This document shows, in pieces, positions 48,011 to 63,154 of a stretch of 64,000 nt of DNA. Under the pieces are notes generated by a model that saw only the letters and a list, made by a program, of their open reading frames with translations, had not been told where the DNA came from and ran no database searches. The translations under genes and the position numbers were made by a program. This stretch comes from Azolla caroliniana (taxonomy: Eukaryota > Plantae > Polypodiophyta), in the NCBI GenBank assembly GCA_043228905.1, contig JBHGNT010000021.1, forward strand, positions 1,302,001-1,366,000. Direction: 5' to 3'. The first letter of the stretch is position 1, and every line of letters begins with the position of its first letter.

Positions 48011-49984
48011 AACACCCAAAATGAATCGATGGAGCATGCTTCTTCTACATTGGAGTGTTGGTAGTCATCTTCATACTCCCACAACGTTTCTTGCATGGGG
48101 ATCATATCGTTTGTTACCATATATTGTTAAGACATTATTCATCAAGTTGATTGACATAGGCATCTAACCTGCAAAATATGAATGTGGTCTATTCTTTTTG
48201 TCGATCATAATGTAGATTAGTTATGCAATATGTTAATTATTTCACTTTTCTACCACATTTTTTGCCACCCTATTTTGCTATGATGTTGCGTAAATGCGCG
48301 TTTTTACTCAAGTTGGACCGTGGAGGACTTCAGCTTCCCCGGGGAACGTTCATGAGGCAAACACATGGAGGTGAATGTTCACGAGGCAAACACAACCAAC
48401 ATGTAGATGCCTACATGTGTGTGAGGTTGTATATCTATGACACAAGGATGCAAATAGACATTTTAAACTCGTGGTCAATTGTTGGCCTTTTGGTGGGAGA
48501 TGGTTAGATATAAAACACTAGTGGGAAAAGCTCAATTGGGACAAACACGTGTGAACCCCTCCAAATCTAAGTAAATTAAAGGAACCTTAGGGGTTGCAGG
48601 GTGTTGATCATTGTAAAGTTTGTGTGTGAGAGAAAATTCTCGTATGTTGTTGTGCATCTATTGTTACTAGTACAATTGCCACCTTTGATATCTTTGAATC
48701 TCATTTGCCCATATGGTCATATGGAGAAGAAAATATATTTTGTTGATTGGAACAACATAGGTATAGTATGCTATGAAGCAGGATCTTAACATATTTCCAA
48801 GCGGTGATACATTGGCGTTGATTGTGCAACATTTGTGGAGTCTATATGATTTTATAGAAAATGAGAGGATGTGCACACAATTACTTGGGACATAGAGTAC
48901 ACAATAAAGAGAAAACAACGTTAAATATTTTATTTGCATAACGTTCATGTGTGATTATCGTAGTGGGGTTGATACAATTGGGAGCTCTTGCTTACATGCT
49001 TTTAAGAGTATATATATATATATATATATATATATTTAACTTAGCGGGTGAAGTGAGATCTAATCCTAGAATACATTGTGAGGCTCATTTATACACAGTA
49101 GGTTAGTAGACCCAATGTCAACCCATGGATTATGTTCAATGTAGCCCCCTTTCAGTTATCCACACATGTGAGGGTTATTGGCATTGCTTCACAACTGCCA
49201 AAAGTCTACACTTCACGTGGCGGCAAGTCTTCAAGTTGGAAAGATCATCATGCTTTGTATGGTAGCATACTATTATAGCATAACATCTTCAAAAAAACAA
49301 AATACAAAAATAAAAAATGAATGATATAGAGAAGAGACGAGAAAGACGTGGGGTGGGGGGTGGGGTGGGAAATGTATGAGAGAACGAGGGATATGTGAGG
49401 ACTTTGAAAAAACGAAGGGACATTCGTAGAAGTCCAAGAAAGAAAGATATATTAACGTCTTCTAAGACCAAAATTGGCCCATGAGAGAGAGCAAAAGTCT
49501 CGAGTCGAAGCTTAGTTGGTGAAGTTGTACAACAGAGAGCAGAAACAGGCCATGCCGAGCGAGCGTTCAACCTGAGAGTCTATAGCGGCATTTATATAGT
49601 AAAGGTTTTTTTGGATGTAAGTGACAAAATATGGAGGAGGACATTTTGTAGGGCTTGGAGCCCACCCCACCCCGATGAGTGTGTTTGTGTTGGGTAAATT
49701 TTTTTAGAAGGAATTTGGAAGAAGGTCAAATAAGTAAATTTCCTAAAATATGAGTCTATTATTTAAAGTAAATAAGTAAACAGAGAGATAAATAGATAAA
49801 AAAGTAAACAAAGCAAGCAAACAAACAAAGTAAAATAAATAAATAAATAGATAAAAAAACATACATAAATAAATAGCTAAATAAAAATGTAAGTAAATGT
49901 GTTTATGAATGCATAATAAATAAACAAACAAATAAATAAATAAATAAGTAAATAAATAAATAAATAAGTAAATAAAACTTAATT

Positions 49985-50239
49985 TCTTTTTCTCTTTCTT
50001 CTGCTCTTCCGTCTTTTCTCCTCCCCCTCCTCCTGCCTGCAGAGAAAGAGAAGAGAGAAGAGAGAAAGAGAAGAGAGAGAGAGAGAGAATCCTGAAAGAA
50101 AGAAGAAGAGAGCTCTCCATCGGCATCGACATTTCTTGCTTCTTTCGCTTCTCTTTTTTCTCTTCATCACAGAAGGAGAAGAAGGCTCACCTGCTGTTCT
50201 TGTCTTCTTCGCCGTCTCTTCACGATTCGGTTTCATCAG
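49985..50239 (+). other. Probable non-coding first exon of the G3BP-like gene
   Basis: CT/GA-rich leader ending CAG|GTAGG at 50239/50240. The next acceptor is TTAG|GAC at ~53324, just before the ATG, implying a ~3.1-kb leader intron. Confidence 0.6.
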
Positions 50240-50619
50240 GTAGGACTCATCGTTTTAGTATCTTACTTCTGCTTCTTTGTTTTATATTTTCTCTTTCTTT
50301 TTCTTAGATTTTTCTTTCCTTTTATTTTTTGGTATAGGGGTTCTCACCTCCTTCTCCTCCCAAAGAATTCCGAACTTCTCTTTTTTTTGAGGGTTTCAGT
50401 CAGATCTTTTGAAAATTCAGTTCGTTGTCTTTCCTTTTTCTGTTTTATTTGGTTTTAATAGCAAACGCAATGTCTGTATGCACTTTAAGATGCCAGTCGG
50501 AGTAAAGAAAAAACAAACTAAATGAGATATATGTCCCTATCCGTAGCTAGGGCTACCATTCTCAAAGATTTGAATTGAAATAAGCCAATCCGCATTTTGG
50601 TCGGGTGACCTTTAGGACT

Positions 50620-51960
50620 ATTTTTTGGAGTATGGATGGCTATGATATGGACACTGACATTGTCCATGGTTATATTAAGAGCTAGTAGCTACTCTTTTGC
50701 ACGACCCCCACTATATGTGGATGGATCTGTAAATCAAGGCTAGAGATAGGCGAATCATGCCTCTTTATTCCCACTTGCTGTGTGGATCGCTATGCCTTGG
50801 AATGTAACATTCTTATTGTTTAGAGGGTTAGTTATTGGGCTAGATACCCTTGTGCGTCTTTGGATTATGTATTCTATATGTAGAGGATCCCTAAACTAGG
50901 GTCAGAGATAGACCAAACGGGTGTTCCTGTGGTTAATCGGGAGTCTGGATGTGGAACTTGTTCGTGCACTATTTCACAGGGTTTGCAGGCATATACAGGC
51001 TCCATACCCTTTTTGCACCCATGGATTGAGCTTCTTCTTTATGTAAATGGATCCTTAAATCAAGGTTAGAGATAGACTTAAGTGTTCGTTATATATCTGT
51101 TTGGTGTCCAGATAGCTATGTTTTGGATACAAAACTTGTTTGTAGACAATTCCTTGGGTTTAGATTTATATACGGTGTTGGTTACCCCCCCTTGTGAATC
51201 CACACATCCAACTTCTTCAATATGTGAATTTATTTATAAATAAAGGCCCAGGATAGATTAGTGTAGTTTAGGGGGAACCAGTAGTTTAGGGACCCTTCTT
51301 CACCTAAAGATCCAACTTCTTCTATACATGAATGAATACTTTTTTTCTAGGCCAATCAGGTATTTTTATGGCCAGTTGTAGTCTGAATAGGTATATAGTA
51401 TGGACATAGGACCTGCTGTTCACAGTTTCTAGGATTTAGAGTTATATACAAGGCTGTGTTTTTCCTTACAACCTTATATACCTATGGATCTACGAATGTA
51501 GGCTTGAGATAGACCAATCTTGTGTTCCTGTGGTCGGTTGGAGTCTGGATAGATAATGTATGGTCATAGGACCTGCCCATGCACAAGGATGTGGTATCAC
51601 TTATGCACAGATGGATCTACAAATGTAGGTTTGGGATAGGGAAATCAGGTGTTCATATGTCCAGTTTGGGGTCTGGATAGGTATAGTATGGTCATAGGGC
51701 CTATCTGTATACAGTTCCTATGTTTAGAGTTAAATGCAAGACTTGGGTGTCCCATGTGCAATAATCGAACTATGAAGGCAGGCTCAGCATAGATAAACCA
51801 CATCTGAACAACCTTATGGCCATTAGTAGCATCCATATGCCATATGGTATGGTCATAGATCTTGTCCATGTAGAGCTCCTAGAGTTTAAAGTTGTATCAA
51901 GGGCCAGGTATTATTGTGCAGTGCCTCATGCCTCATGAATGGATACAGAAGATAGATCAA
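50620..51960. repeat. Degenerate ~125-180-bp tandem array in G3BP leader intron
   Basis: Recurrent GGATC....AAT..AGG...GAGATAG...TGTTC.TGTGG...GTCTGGATAG...TATGGTCATAGG blocks near 50723, 50885, 51049, 51486 and 51612, with partial units between and after. Confidence 0.7.
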
Positions 51961-52901
51961 TCATCACTCGTTCTTTTTTTATGTTGAGATGCACACTTGG
52001 GCAAGTTCTGTTTAAAGCTAAGTTGCTGTGAAACACACTCAAGGCAGGCTGAAATGCGAAACTTTTGAACTGGATTGGAATATTTCAGACGCATTTTAAA
52101 CTTCACTCCTAAAATGGATATGACAGCAAATTACCAATATTTTATTTTAGTTACAAACTTTTTATGTAGTCTATCCTTAACTTTTTAACTCTCCAACTTT
52201 TCCAAATAAAAACATATAATATGCTGTTTCCTTTCCAGAAATTTCAAAATAATCTTTATCTATCTATATATAATGAGCATTTGTTTCTATTTTTTATTTT
52301 TCTTCGGAAACATCTTATATATTGTGTAAACTTGAACATCTGATATACACTTGCTGCTTCACTTCAGCTCTTTCTAGTATTGTAATGAGGTGTTTCAGAT
52401 CTTAATTATTTACTCCTGAGGCTAATCTCAACATACATTGTCTGGGCATTATTGGCACGTTTAAGAGTTATAATAGAATGCTAATTACCATGTTCTGAGG
52501 TTATTCTGAACAGACATTGTCCAGGCATAATTGGCAGGGTGAAGATTTATAACAAAGTGCTACTTACACTTCTACATGACATTTTCTCTCCATCAGTGTA
52601 TGAATGAATGCACAGATCAATGAAAAAATAGGTCGATATGCATTCATGGACATCTGGAGTCGGTCGTCTGGATGCTGACATTGTCCATGTGAGAGACACT
52701 AACATTTAGAAAAGGGCAATCTACCCTTGTGCACAGCTTCTTCTTCCCAACTCACGACATGAATGGATCCGTTTAGATAGGCTAAACAATATTCATGCTG
52801 TCTGCAGTATAGATAGTTATGGTGTGAACACAGATGTGCTGATATTTTTCATGCACAATTGCTAGGATGATGGCTTTGCCCTGGAATCTAGAAATTGGAC
52901 A

Positions 52902-53097
52902 TGCATCATTCCGAAAATAATCACTACGATCTGGACATGGCCATGGTCTATGTGCAATTCCTAGAGTACAGTCTTATATTATAGCTAACTAGTTTAGTGC
53001 ATCATTCCGAAAATAATCACTACGATCTGGACATGGCCATGGTCTATGTGCAATTCCTAGAGTACAGTCTTATATTATAGCTAACTAGTTTAGTGCA
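52902..53097. repeat. Perfect 96-bp tandem duplication
   Basis: 52902-52997 equals 52998-53093, with TGCA microhomology at the junctions. Confidence 0.93.
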
Positions 53098-53367
53098 CCC
53101 TTTCAGTACATGATTGGATTCACGTTCATGCGTTGGCTGTAGAATCAATACATCTTCATGTACTACTCTTCCCTAGGGTTAGATTTTAACAGGGGAAGAG
53201 TGTTGGACTCCCGTATGGTGATTGGTCTTGGTTAAAAGGATTGATGAATTTGAACTTTGGTACCAATTTATCTGCTTTATCTAATACCAAATTTTGACTA
53301 ATTTATTTCAATCATGTGATTAGGACATCTTCTTCTTGAATACTCCTTCCACGTCTTCTTCAAAGCG

Positions 53368-56300
53368 ATGACAACTGAATCAGTTAGTGCTGCCCCGGCC
53401 ATGCGAGCTACGGCTAATATTGTAAGTAACTGAAAGTACACCATTCAAAACAATAATGCCATTCTATTCCTAAGTGTTTTTATCTGATCCTTTTCCTTCC
53501 ACTCTCTAGGTTGGGAATACCTTTGTGAACAAGTATTATAATGTCCTTCACCTGTCTCCTGAGATGGTTCATCGATTCTATACCAATCGCAGCATTCTGT
53601 CGAGAGCAGAAACTGGGCCAAGTGGCAGGATTGACATCACTGTTACCCAGGAGGTAATTAATTTTGAAACATATATTCATATATTCAAGAATCCATGACC
53701 TGGATCTATGTAGGTGTTTAGTTTTGTTTCTGGCATGTCTGATTTTTCTGTGACATATTTTTATAAGGGAAGATGGCACAACTCAAATATATATGCAGAT
53801 TTCCATTTTGTTTCTGCATGGATGACATCTCTGTGACATTGTTATGAGCATATACATCGTAATTGATATATCATTTTGACATGGATGAGGTCTTCAAGAT
53901 ATAAGATTAGACATAATGAAGAATGTGTGTTATCATAACTCTAGGCCTGCAATGTTGTAATCCTTTGTCTTTACTCACAGGGAATCAACCAGAAGATAAT
54001 GTCTTTGGATTATAGAGACTTTAGAGCTGAGATAAAGACGGTGGACTCTTTAGAGTCCTTGAATGGTAGTGTGTTAGTAATGGTAACTGGTGCACTATCG
54101 ACACGAGGACATGCGAAGAGGAATTTTGTCCAGACCTTCTTCTTAGCTCCACAAGAGGTGGGTTACTTTGTCTTGAATGACATGTTCAGATACTTGGATG
54201 GTGAGCCAGAGCCTCTCCAACCACCTGTGGCTGTGGCCACAAATGGAACCATAGGACAACAGCTTCCACAACCATTACAAGGTAGCATTTCTTGGTAATA
54301 AGCACCAAAAATACTGGATGGACTTTTTGTATGTTTACTGGAATACTCCTTGGTTTAAAAAAACTACCAGTTAGTATAATCCTATAATTTAGAGACTTTT
54401 TGGGTGTATTCCTGTAAATACCTGAGTGGCTAGTGGATGAGTGGCTAGCTAGTCACCAGGAAAATATTCTGAAAAGATATTCATGACTAACTAGCATATG
54501 CCTGAATATTGTTATTAGGGGACATAGATTTGCAAGTGCCTCCTCAACAACAAGCAAGGGAATATTCTGACCCTGCTGCTGGAGAGACCATACCAGCAAC
54601 GATATCTGAAGGGCATATTTTGGAAGAGCGAGAGGGCCCGAAGAATCTTGAAGAGGAAGAAGAGCATACCGGGATCAATGAAGGGGTCAAGGAAGAAGCA
54701 GGTGTTGTTGCAGTATCTCATGAAGAGGTTGATATATCTGTACCTCGAGATGAGGAGGTTTTGCATTCTGTTGAAGAACAAAATCAAGAAGATGCACCAA
54801 AAAAATCATATGCCTCCATAGTATGTATTGTCTCATTCTAGAGCCTTTTTGTTTTATTGTTCCTTGTTTCAGTTTTTGGTTCACTCCAACAATGGGGCTT
54901 GTTTCGGTTTTTGGTTCACACAAACAAAGGTGCTATCAGTGAATATATGTAAGAATGACTAGAATATATTAGTTTGCTTTCTCCTGGTTCAAGTCCTAAA
55001 ACTTTTTTATATGAGTGATTAACATTCCAGGATGGTATGGTATTTTTACCTGAGTCTCATCCATTCTCAATGCTGGAATATAGCTGCTTTTTAGTACTAG
55101 GGAAAAACTGCAAATTGTCTCAATAACCCTAAGTTTTAAAAGTTTGCAAGAATATCGGAGTGTAACAAATGCTACTTTTACAGGGGTATTCTGGTACTTT
55201 TTGTAAACTTAGAGTATTCTGGTAATTTCTTAAAAACATGGTATTTTTGTTAATGTTTTGAAAATCTGAAGGAATTATGTGTAAATGTCCATGTTAGTTA
55301 TATTTGGTGCTTCTCTCTCTAAATACTACGATATATTGCTTCCACTTTTTCTGAAGGTCATATTGTGTTGTAGTTCTCATACAAATTTGGTTATATTATG
55401 TTTATATCAGCTTCGAGTTCGTAGTGGTGCATCAGGATCATCAACGTCTGGAGTAAAGGCTAAACATATTCAAGCTCAGCAGAAATCATTGTCACCATCA
55501 TCATCATCATCACTGGCGATACAACCCACTCCTGCCATTGCACCGAGTGTAACGTCAGAGTATGCAACAAGTATAACTTCAACTGAAGGAGTACAAGGAG
55601 ATGCTATTTCTGAAAATGAAGGTTATATTTCCCTTTCTTTTCGTCATGAAAATCTTTGTTTAATGTTGTGGAAGTTGCTAATGTTTGTTGTTGCTAAAGG
55701 TTATAAAACAAAATCTCGGGTGCGTAATTTTCTTTTGTAGGTGATGGAAACTCAATCTATGTAAAAAATCTCCCTTTGAATATCACTGTATCAGAGCTTG
55801 ATATTGAATTCAATAAGTTTGGAACCATTAAATCTGGCGGTATCAACCTCCGCAACCAGAGGGTAAGAAAACTCCTCTTTTCTTGATTTGCTCTTGAAGC
55901 CATTATTTTCATACCAGGCAGATAGTATTGTAGAAATTTCCTTTCTCCTATATCCTCATTCATGTTTTGGTTTGTACTTTTTCCTATTTTTCCATTTTTT
56001 AGGAATCGCCTTTCCCTTGCCCTCTTTAGGAATTGGCTTCTCTTCTAGTTCAAATTTATGACTGATTGCTTTTTGCTCCATTTTTTAGAAATTGTGATTT
56101 TTCCTCTTACCCACATTCATATCTGGATTGGCTTTCAAGTCATTTGCAGTTTTGTTTAGAAATTTGTTTCCATATTCATTTCGGCTAGATTTTCCATAAT
56201 GTGCTCCTTTTTAAGGAATTGCTTAATTCTCCCCATGAACCCCATCCACGTTCATTTCTAGTTGGCTTTTCTGTAGGTTTCCCCATTAAAATAGCTATTG

Positions 56301-57849
56301 CCTTTTCGTCTGATGCTCGACATTTGTTTGTGCCTCCATTTTCTGTTGGCAGAATTAAATTTCATCTTATTTTGCCATATTTGGTGGTTACTATGTAGAT
56401 TGGTGTATGTTTCGCCTTCATCGAGTATGAGGAAGCCAATGCAGCCCAAACTGCAATTGAGGTATGGTCTACATTTTTCAAAACCAGCCATTATACCATA
56501 TGTTCTATTGATTTATTTTTATGCGAGCACATACTTTAAAGCCTCATTGTTTGACAATTCCAATGTGTTATCATGCATGCTCGAATTAAAAAATCACCAT
56601 ATTTTTTTTTGAAATTGAAGAGTACAATGCTGCCCGCTCTAAATGTTGAGGTGTTTTTAGAATTTAAAAAGAAAACTTTTTGAAATATTAATATGTATTC
56701 TAATGAATTCTTTCAATAAATATATATGAAACTTTTCTACCTAATTGTTTCAGGCATCACCAATAGTTATTAATGGACGGCAAGTTTACATTGAAGAGAA
56801 AAAGCCCATGCCCATGGCTCCCCGAGGTGAGTAATTCTATACTAGTATTTATAATTGTGGAAAAAACTCAAATCTATATAACAATGAAGATTTGTGTATT
56901 TTGAGGATACCCTCAGTTTTTTAAAATTACACAATATTTGGCCTAAGAAGCACTTATGAAGCTAATTTAAATTAGCTATGTAATTAATATAATTATGGTA
57001 CACCTAATTTGAATTTATCTAGTTCAACTATCAGTATTTGTCGGTTATTTAGTTCCCTAATTAACTGGATCCCTAATAAGGGGAAAAGTTCCTCATACAA
57101 GAATCTGCAATTATAATAGAATGAAATTATGGGAACAAGCATAATTAATTTGGAGGGGTATTTTGGCAATTAAATATTTTTAAAGAGATTTTGTTTGTTT
57201 CCTGTAAACCTGAGGGATGTCCTGATAAGAATATGCAAAACTTAGGAGTATGTTCTTGTTTCAAAAAAACGACTTGTATGCTGTGGATATCTTAAGAGAG
57301 AAGATTATTAAAATGCATGATCGACTTGAAAGAGTGTTAATCATGCACTATACATTGACTTATTGCTATTGTTATGGAGACTGTAATGACGATAATAACA
57401 TGGTGATGTGATAATAATTTCCTTGGAGACCTTGGGAATGATAATAAGAGTATCAATTGCATTTATCAATGATAATAAGTTAACATGCAATGCACTATTG
57501 AGTTATCATAGTATCTTTGGGAAACCTAAGATTGTTTTCATGTCCATATATTTTGGCAGCTGGACGTGGTCGGTTCACACAAGGTAGGGGATATCAACAA
57601 AATGATGGTTCACGGGGTGGCAGAGGCTACTATGGAGGCAGAGGATTTCCAAGACAGGGTTTGGATGCAGAAGGTGGGCGTGGACAATCCTATGCCCATT
57701 ATACTCCAAATTTCAACAGCGTGAATGGATATCGACGAACTGATAATAATAATAACAGCTCTGGCTGGAATGGGCCTAGGCCAATGAGACGAGGGGCTGG
57801 GAATCAAGGTGGCACACATGGTCGAGGTTCGGCACCACTGGAAAAGTGA
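53368..57849 (+). CDS. G3BP: G3BP-like protein (NTF2 + acidic linker + RRM + RGG)
   Basis: Exons 53368-53421, 53510-53653, 53981-54281, 54528-54820, 55411-55621, 55741-55862, 56399-56461, 56754-56826 and 57560-57849; all GT-AG and phase-consistent. NTF2: VGNTFVNKYY, FVQTFFLAPQ..GYFVLNDMFRY. KKSYASI motif. RNP2 IYVKNLP, RNP1 VCFAFIEY. RGG tail. Confidence 0.93.
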
Positions 57850-60800
57850 TAGTAGGTGTGAGACAAAGTAAATCATCCATCCCTGGCGATCCATTGTAAA
57901 ACTCTTTTTTCTTTTTTCGTCACCTTGTGTGGCGATTTAGCCACCCAACCAAAATCATAGGTTTTTCTTTTTAACTTCCTATTCATTTCTGGATCTATTG
58001 GTTATAGCTGCACAATCTAGTCAAATTTTGCAGTACAAATTTTGTATGGTTGATTTTGCGAACAAATTTTGCATTGTATTACTAATGAGCATTTTGCTCT
58101 TTCAGAGAATGAGGTAATCAGCACTTTCTTGGTCTTTTGGTTATATAGGTAAACATTTCAATTTTAATGACTATCTTTTATATTAGATGATGAGAATTCT
58201 GGAATATCTTTTATTCCAGCTATCTACCCCCATCCTTGAAATTCAGTTGTGAGGATGTCTTGGAAGCAATTTGCTTAGTTCTGAAATTCAGTACTATTGG
58301 GTATTTTCAAATTCAGCACACTAGTGAGAAAATAGAGACTCTGTTGTAATGGAAATTTTCCAATTATTGTCAATAGAACTAGGAATTATGTCATTGCATG
58401 TGTGCCAATTTGAGTCATATGAACAGGGATTCACACTTTTACTGTATGAGTATTGTAATTTATGACAATGATGTCATAGCTAGGGTGGTTTAAATTCAAA
58501 TGCATGTTAGAAATAAATTGTTAGTATCCTGCCATGGCAGATGCACGTGGCTTTCTTATACACAACCATTCCCCCGTATTTATTTGTAGGATTGTTACAA
58601 TGGGATGTATTATGTGCAGGGGAGCATAAGAACCTAGTAAAAGATAGGTGGTCCTTTTGTTTATATGGATATCAATCAGTATGTTATATAACACGATATC
58701 AATTCCAACCAAGGTTATGCAAGAGTTACAGTGTAGATATATTGTGGTCAAGAATGTAAATGAAGTACTAAATGCATTGAATGCATATTGGAAACGGAGG
58801 TTATTATGGTAATGTTTGGCTCTTCTCCTTCAGGATGGATGGCTTGGGCTCTTCATTAGGAATTTTAATGCATGTTTTTTTGTATTTAAACTCTGAAAAA
58901 CCATCCTAATTACCTTGCTAGTAATTGATGAAGTTTGTGTCCAGTGTTGTATTTTGTGTACTTTGTGTACTTTGTCATTTTGTATAGATACCTTTCAATT
59001 ATTTAGAGTAATTCAACCAAATGCTATCGAAACTTTGCAATGAATATTGGTTTACAATTGCTACCAATGTCATACAAAAAAAAAACTGTTATGGTCTTGA
59101 ATACTTCTTGCAACTAGGGAAACATGTCATTTCATCACTAAGGCTTGAAGAACTTTAAAACATTTGGAAGACGAGATCTATAATGAAAGCCAAAGAAAAA
59201 GATTTCCCTGGACGTTTTGGAACCAACAATGGTTCCAGCAATCCATATGGGCAATGCCGGGGCATCTTAAACCGTCAACAGAGTGCAAACATAGTCTTTA
59301 ATAAAATTGCATAGCTAGGGCTACTAGTATTGAGTGGTACTTAGCTCTAAAGTTTTGTTGCCTCCAATGTGTTATGGAAGTGCTAAACATTCAAACATGG
59401 GAATACCTGTCATACATCATAAACATATAGAAATTGTTTGGAAATAGAAGCCGTCTTGCCAATCGAATTGAGCATAATTTTGTATGGAGTGTTTGGATCA
59501 TGATCAATTATACGCACATGTTGGAACTATTTGATCTAAAATATCTTGAGCAAAAGCATATGTATCAATGTTTGTATTGATGGAATCAAGAATGCTTAAA
59601 GCTGCGGGTGATTCAAGACATAACTTTCCATCATCAGTCTGTCAAGATGTTATTTGATGATTAATGATAGGATCTCATGGATGAAATGGAAGATGTTAGC
59701 ATCAAGATAAAACATTTTCTTTGCTTTATTGTGATGAGGTAGAAGAGAGGTTTGGTGATCATTCTAAACAATGATTTGTTGGAGAGAACCCACTAGGAAT
59801 TAATGCCACTTGGTTGTGGTTGAATATATGTTTCTCTAATTTAGCATATTCTCAGAATTGGTGTAAAACTTGATGAAAATAGATATCATGTTGCCTTAGT
59901 TTAAAGTAAGACATCATCAAGATAAATCTATTATTAAGATGCCCAGGATTTGTGTACTCAAAATATCCATATTGAGTGCAAAAGAAATATTCCATTCATC
60001 TCACAGCACAAAGGTTCAACTTTGTGAAAACATGAACCCCAAGATGCTTTAAAAGAAAAGATATCAATATGAGGGTATATATGTTTAAACTTTGAACCTT
60101 GTTCAATCCCTCATAATCCATGATTGAACAAGAAAATTATCGTCCTTCTTAACAAAGAAGGGGTGCAACAATAGGGGGTCTAGGATAAATAAATCCATTC
60201 AATAAGTTTGAACCAATATAACCTCAAAGGATTGAAACCGAGTATATTATTAAACTTCATTGGGAGGCTTTTTTTGACTCCTTTACAGAGCTTTGTGGTC
60301 TTGGAGCAAGGATAATAAAATCACTAGTTGATAAACTCGTTTTTTTGTGCCTTCACGGCACAAGCTTTGGTTTTCTTGCTCTAATGCCACAAGGTTGTTA
60401 GGTACTTTAGATTGAACAAAACACACATGATCTTGTTTATTAACAAATATCGTGGCTATTTGTTGTCTTCGTAAGATCCTCAAACCAAAAGTGTCATATT
60501 ACAATTCAAACTATTGAGGCCAAAACTGAAATTCCAAACAAGGTCCTTGGCGTCTGTTTCCAGCGGAGAAGAGGAATTATAGGAATCGGTTTATTGGTGA
60601 CAGAAATAATGAAAGGGAAGTGTATAACAATGAGACCATATAGAGAAGCAAAAGTAAAAAGAAATCGATGACATGATGTTGATCATCTACCCTTCAAATA
60701 ATTTCAAGATTGGAATCCGAAAGAAGTTTAGACAAAAAATGAAACTTGACTCTTTATATTTCAAAAGGAAAAACACATGAATAATTGAAAGTTTCAATCT

Positions 60801-61104
60801 CTCACCTCTAATTGAGGTGCATTGTGTAGGTTTTAGCATGGTAGTAAAAGGTATGTTCTCATGTTGCCACTTAAAGTTCCTGATGCTTTAACCTAAACCA
60901 AATAAAAATATGTGTTTCTCCCTTCATCAAAGTGCTATTAGAGAATTCTTAATGCTTCTAATTGCTATCTCATTGATAATTATTAATGTTTTCAAATGTT
61001 GTGTTACAGGGTTGAAACCCATTTCCTCAATATGTTTGCAAATGTGTAATTTCTTTTTATACCAAGCTGCCAAAGCATCTTGGCACCACATTCTCTCTCA
61101 TTTC

Positions 61105-61220
61105 GAAGTATGAATATCATTTCTTAGGATGGAGACACACATCATGAAAACTTTTGTACTTAGGTCCCATGGGTCAATATTTGTCTCTCTATGGACATTA
61201 GATCTCTCTCTCTCTCTCTG
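61105..61220. repeat. Short dispersed repeat, copy 2, with (TC)n tail
   Basis: Homologous to 6423-6550. Confidence 0.7.
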
Positions 61221-63154
61221 ATTGTTCAATTTCAGCTTAACTGGTTGGGAGTTTTCAAACTCGAACAAACCGATCCCTAAATGAATTAAGGCTTAACCAG
61301 TTGTGCCAAAGTGATGAAGCCTTAACTAATTTGGCAGAAACCGGTTCAACTTGAGCCTTGCCAAACTGATTCCTAAATTAATTAAGACTGTATATAGATA
61401 ATGTTGGTTAGCACTGGACATGTCTCATTATCATATCTTTGCCTAAAGGAAAGAGCCTTTTTCCAGAATTAAGATAAAGATTTAAGATAAAGAAGTGTGG
61501 AAAATGTATGTAAGATAAAGAAGTGTGGAAAAAGTACGTGAGATAAAGGGGAGATCAATACATTGAATCTATCTAGATTCTATCAATATATACATATATA
61601 CACAATACATTGTATGTATATTAAAGTAAGCTAAGAATCACGACAAAAATATCCAATCACCTTTTCCAAAAATTGAAAATTTGATACTCTAAAATGTTTT
61701 GATATTGACTCATCTCAGCTGGAATGTTTTTTCTATTTCTCTAAATTAATTAGATTTTGCTCATCTATATACACATGAAAACTGCCTCCTGGTAAAAAAT
61801 AACAAAAATCTCCACTTGGGAATCACAAGTAATTTGGTTGGTTATAGAAAACATGTCATGAACCTTGAACTTAAAACATTGAATATTGACATATTATTCA
61901 AATCCTTCATTATCATCAATGATATATGCCTGATTTTGACATAATTCATTTAGAATTTTCACAACTACATGCACTTATTTTGACCAACCAAACGTTTCTT
62001 GGTTTTGAGATATCAACTATTCTTGGGTTTGGCATACCAATTATTTCTCATTTTAGGGAAAGAATCTCAATTTATATTCTCAGTTCCATTTTGGAAGTCT
62101 CAATTACTTTCCGTGGTCTTCCACTTATCCTTGTCATGATTGCTCCCAATGATTATCTTTTAACATTTCTGTCTTACAAACCCCTTTTATATTTTTTGAT
62201 AGGTTTGTTCAAAGAGATGGAAACGTAGAGTCATGGAATCTTTAAGTATTAGATTCTCTTGGGTAAATTGCAACCTCTTTAATGATTTAGTGAAATTTCA
62301 ATAACATTCTTACTTGTAAAACACTTTCACGTTGGTTGACAAGGTTGTCCAACGAGATGGAAAGAGAGGCAAAATACCTTGAGCTTCACATTCCCTCCAA
62401 TTGCTTGTGGGGTACACTGTTACCTCTTTAATGACATTTGTTGTGGGGAATATATTTGTTACTAACAGGATGAGGCATCTCATGCACCATTTAGTTTAAG
62501 AAGGCAAAAAAGGAAACTTCTTAGCAAAACTAGGTTACAATGATTTTGTGGAGCAAGATTTCAATTACTATTCCGATGATGATGTTAAAATCTATTATAT
62601 AGGTATGATTCCTCGACCATATCAATTAGCTAAGACCCTATACCACCTCAAGTTTTTTTCATGTTGTACTTCAGCATTCTAACAATGATTTAAGTCTGTA
62701 ACTTATATAAACTACTCATTTACACAGGGATTCTGACATGGCTAGCTGGAACATCCAATCATGTCAACTACACACTAACACATTTCCAACAATCACATAT
62801 AAACATTGGAACTTCAATCATGACCACAATATTGAAGGGAACATTTGAATGAAACTATTTCAAGTGATGAGTGCCACCATGGGAAAGCATAAATTCTTTT
62901 GTGAAAAAGCAAGAAGATAATGAATCACTTAAAACGCTCAAAAGGACATGACATATGCTTTTGGGTGGGTTCCAAAGGAAAACGTCAGCATACCCACCAA
63001 AAAGCACCAACAAAATTGCTTATTCTATCAGAACTCCTTCAAAAGGCTTCCGCACAAAGCTTCAGTACAAAATGGAAGAATGATTGTATCAGCCTCAGCC
63101 CATGTAGGAACCAGTGCTAATTACCATTTTTGTTCAACTCTTGATAATAATATA

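Noticed and set aside
49743-50236. 129-aa and 85-aa ORFs upstream of G3BP
   Set aside because: They translate (AAAT)n and GA/CT low-complexity promoter and leader sequence.
59100-60490. Possible decayed gypsy integrase (EAVLPIE) and gag (ALEQENQ) scraps
   Set aside because: Single short motifs on opposite strands; too little to call.
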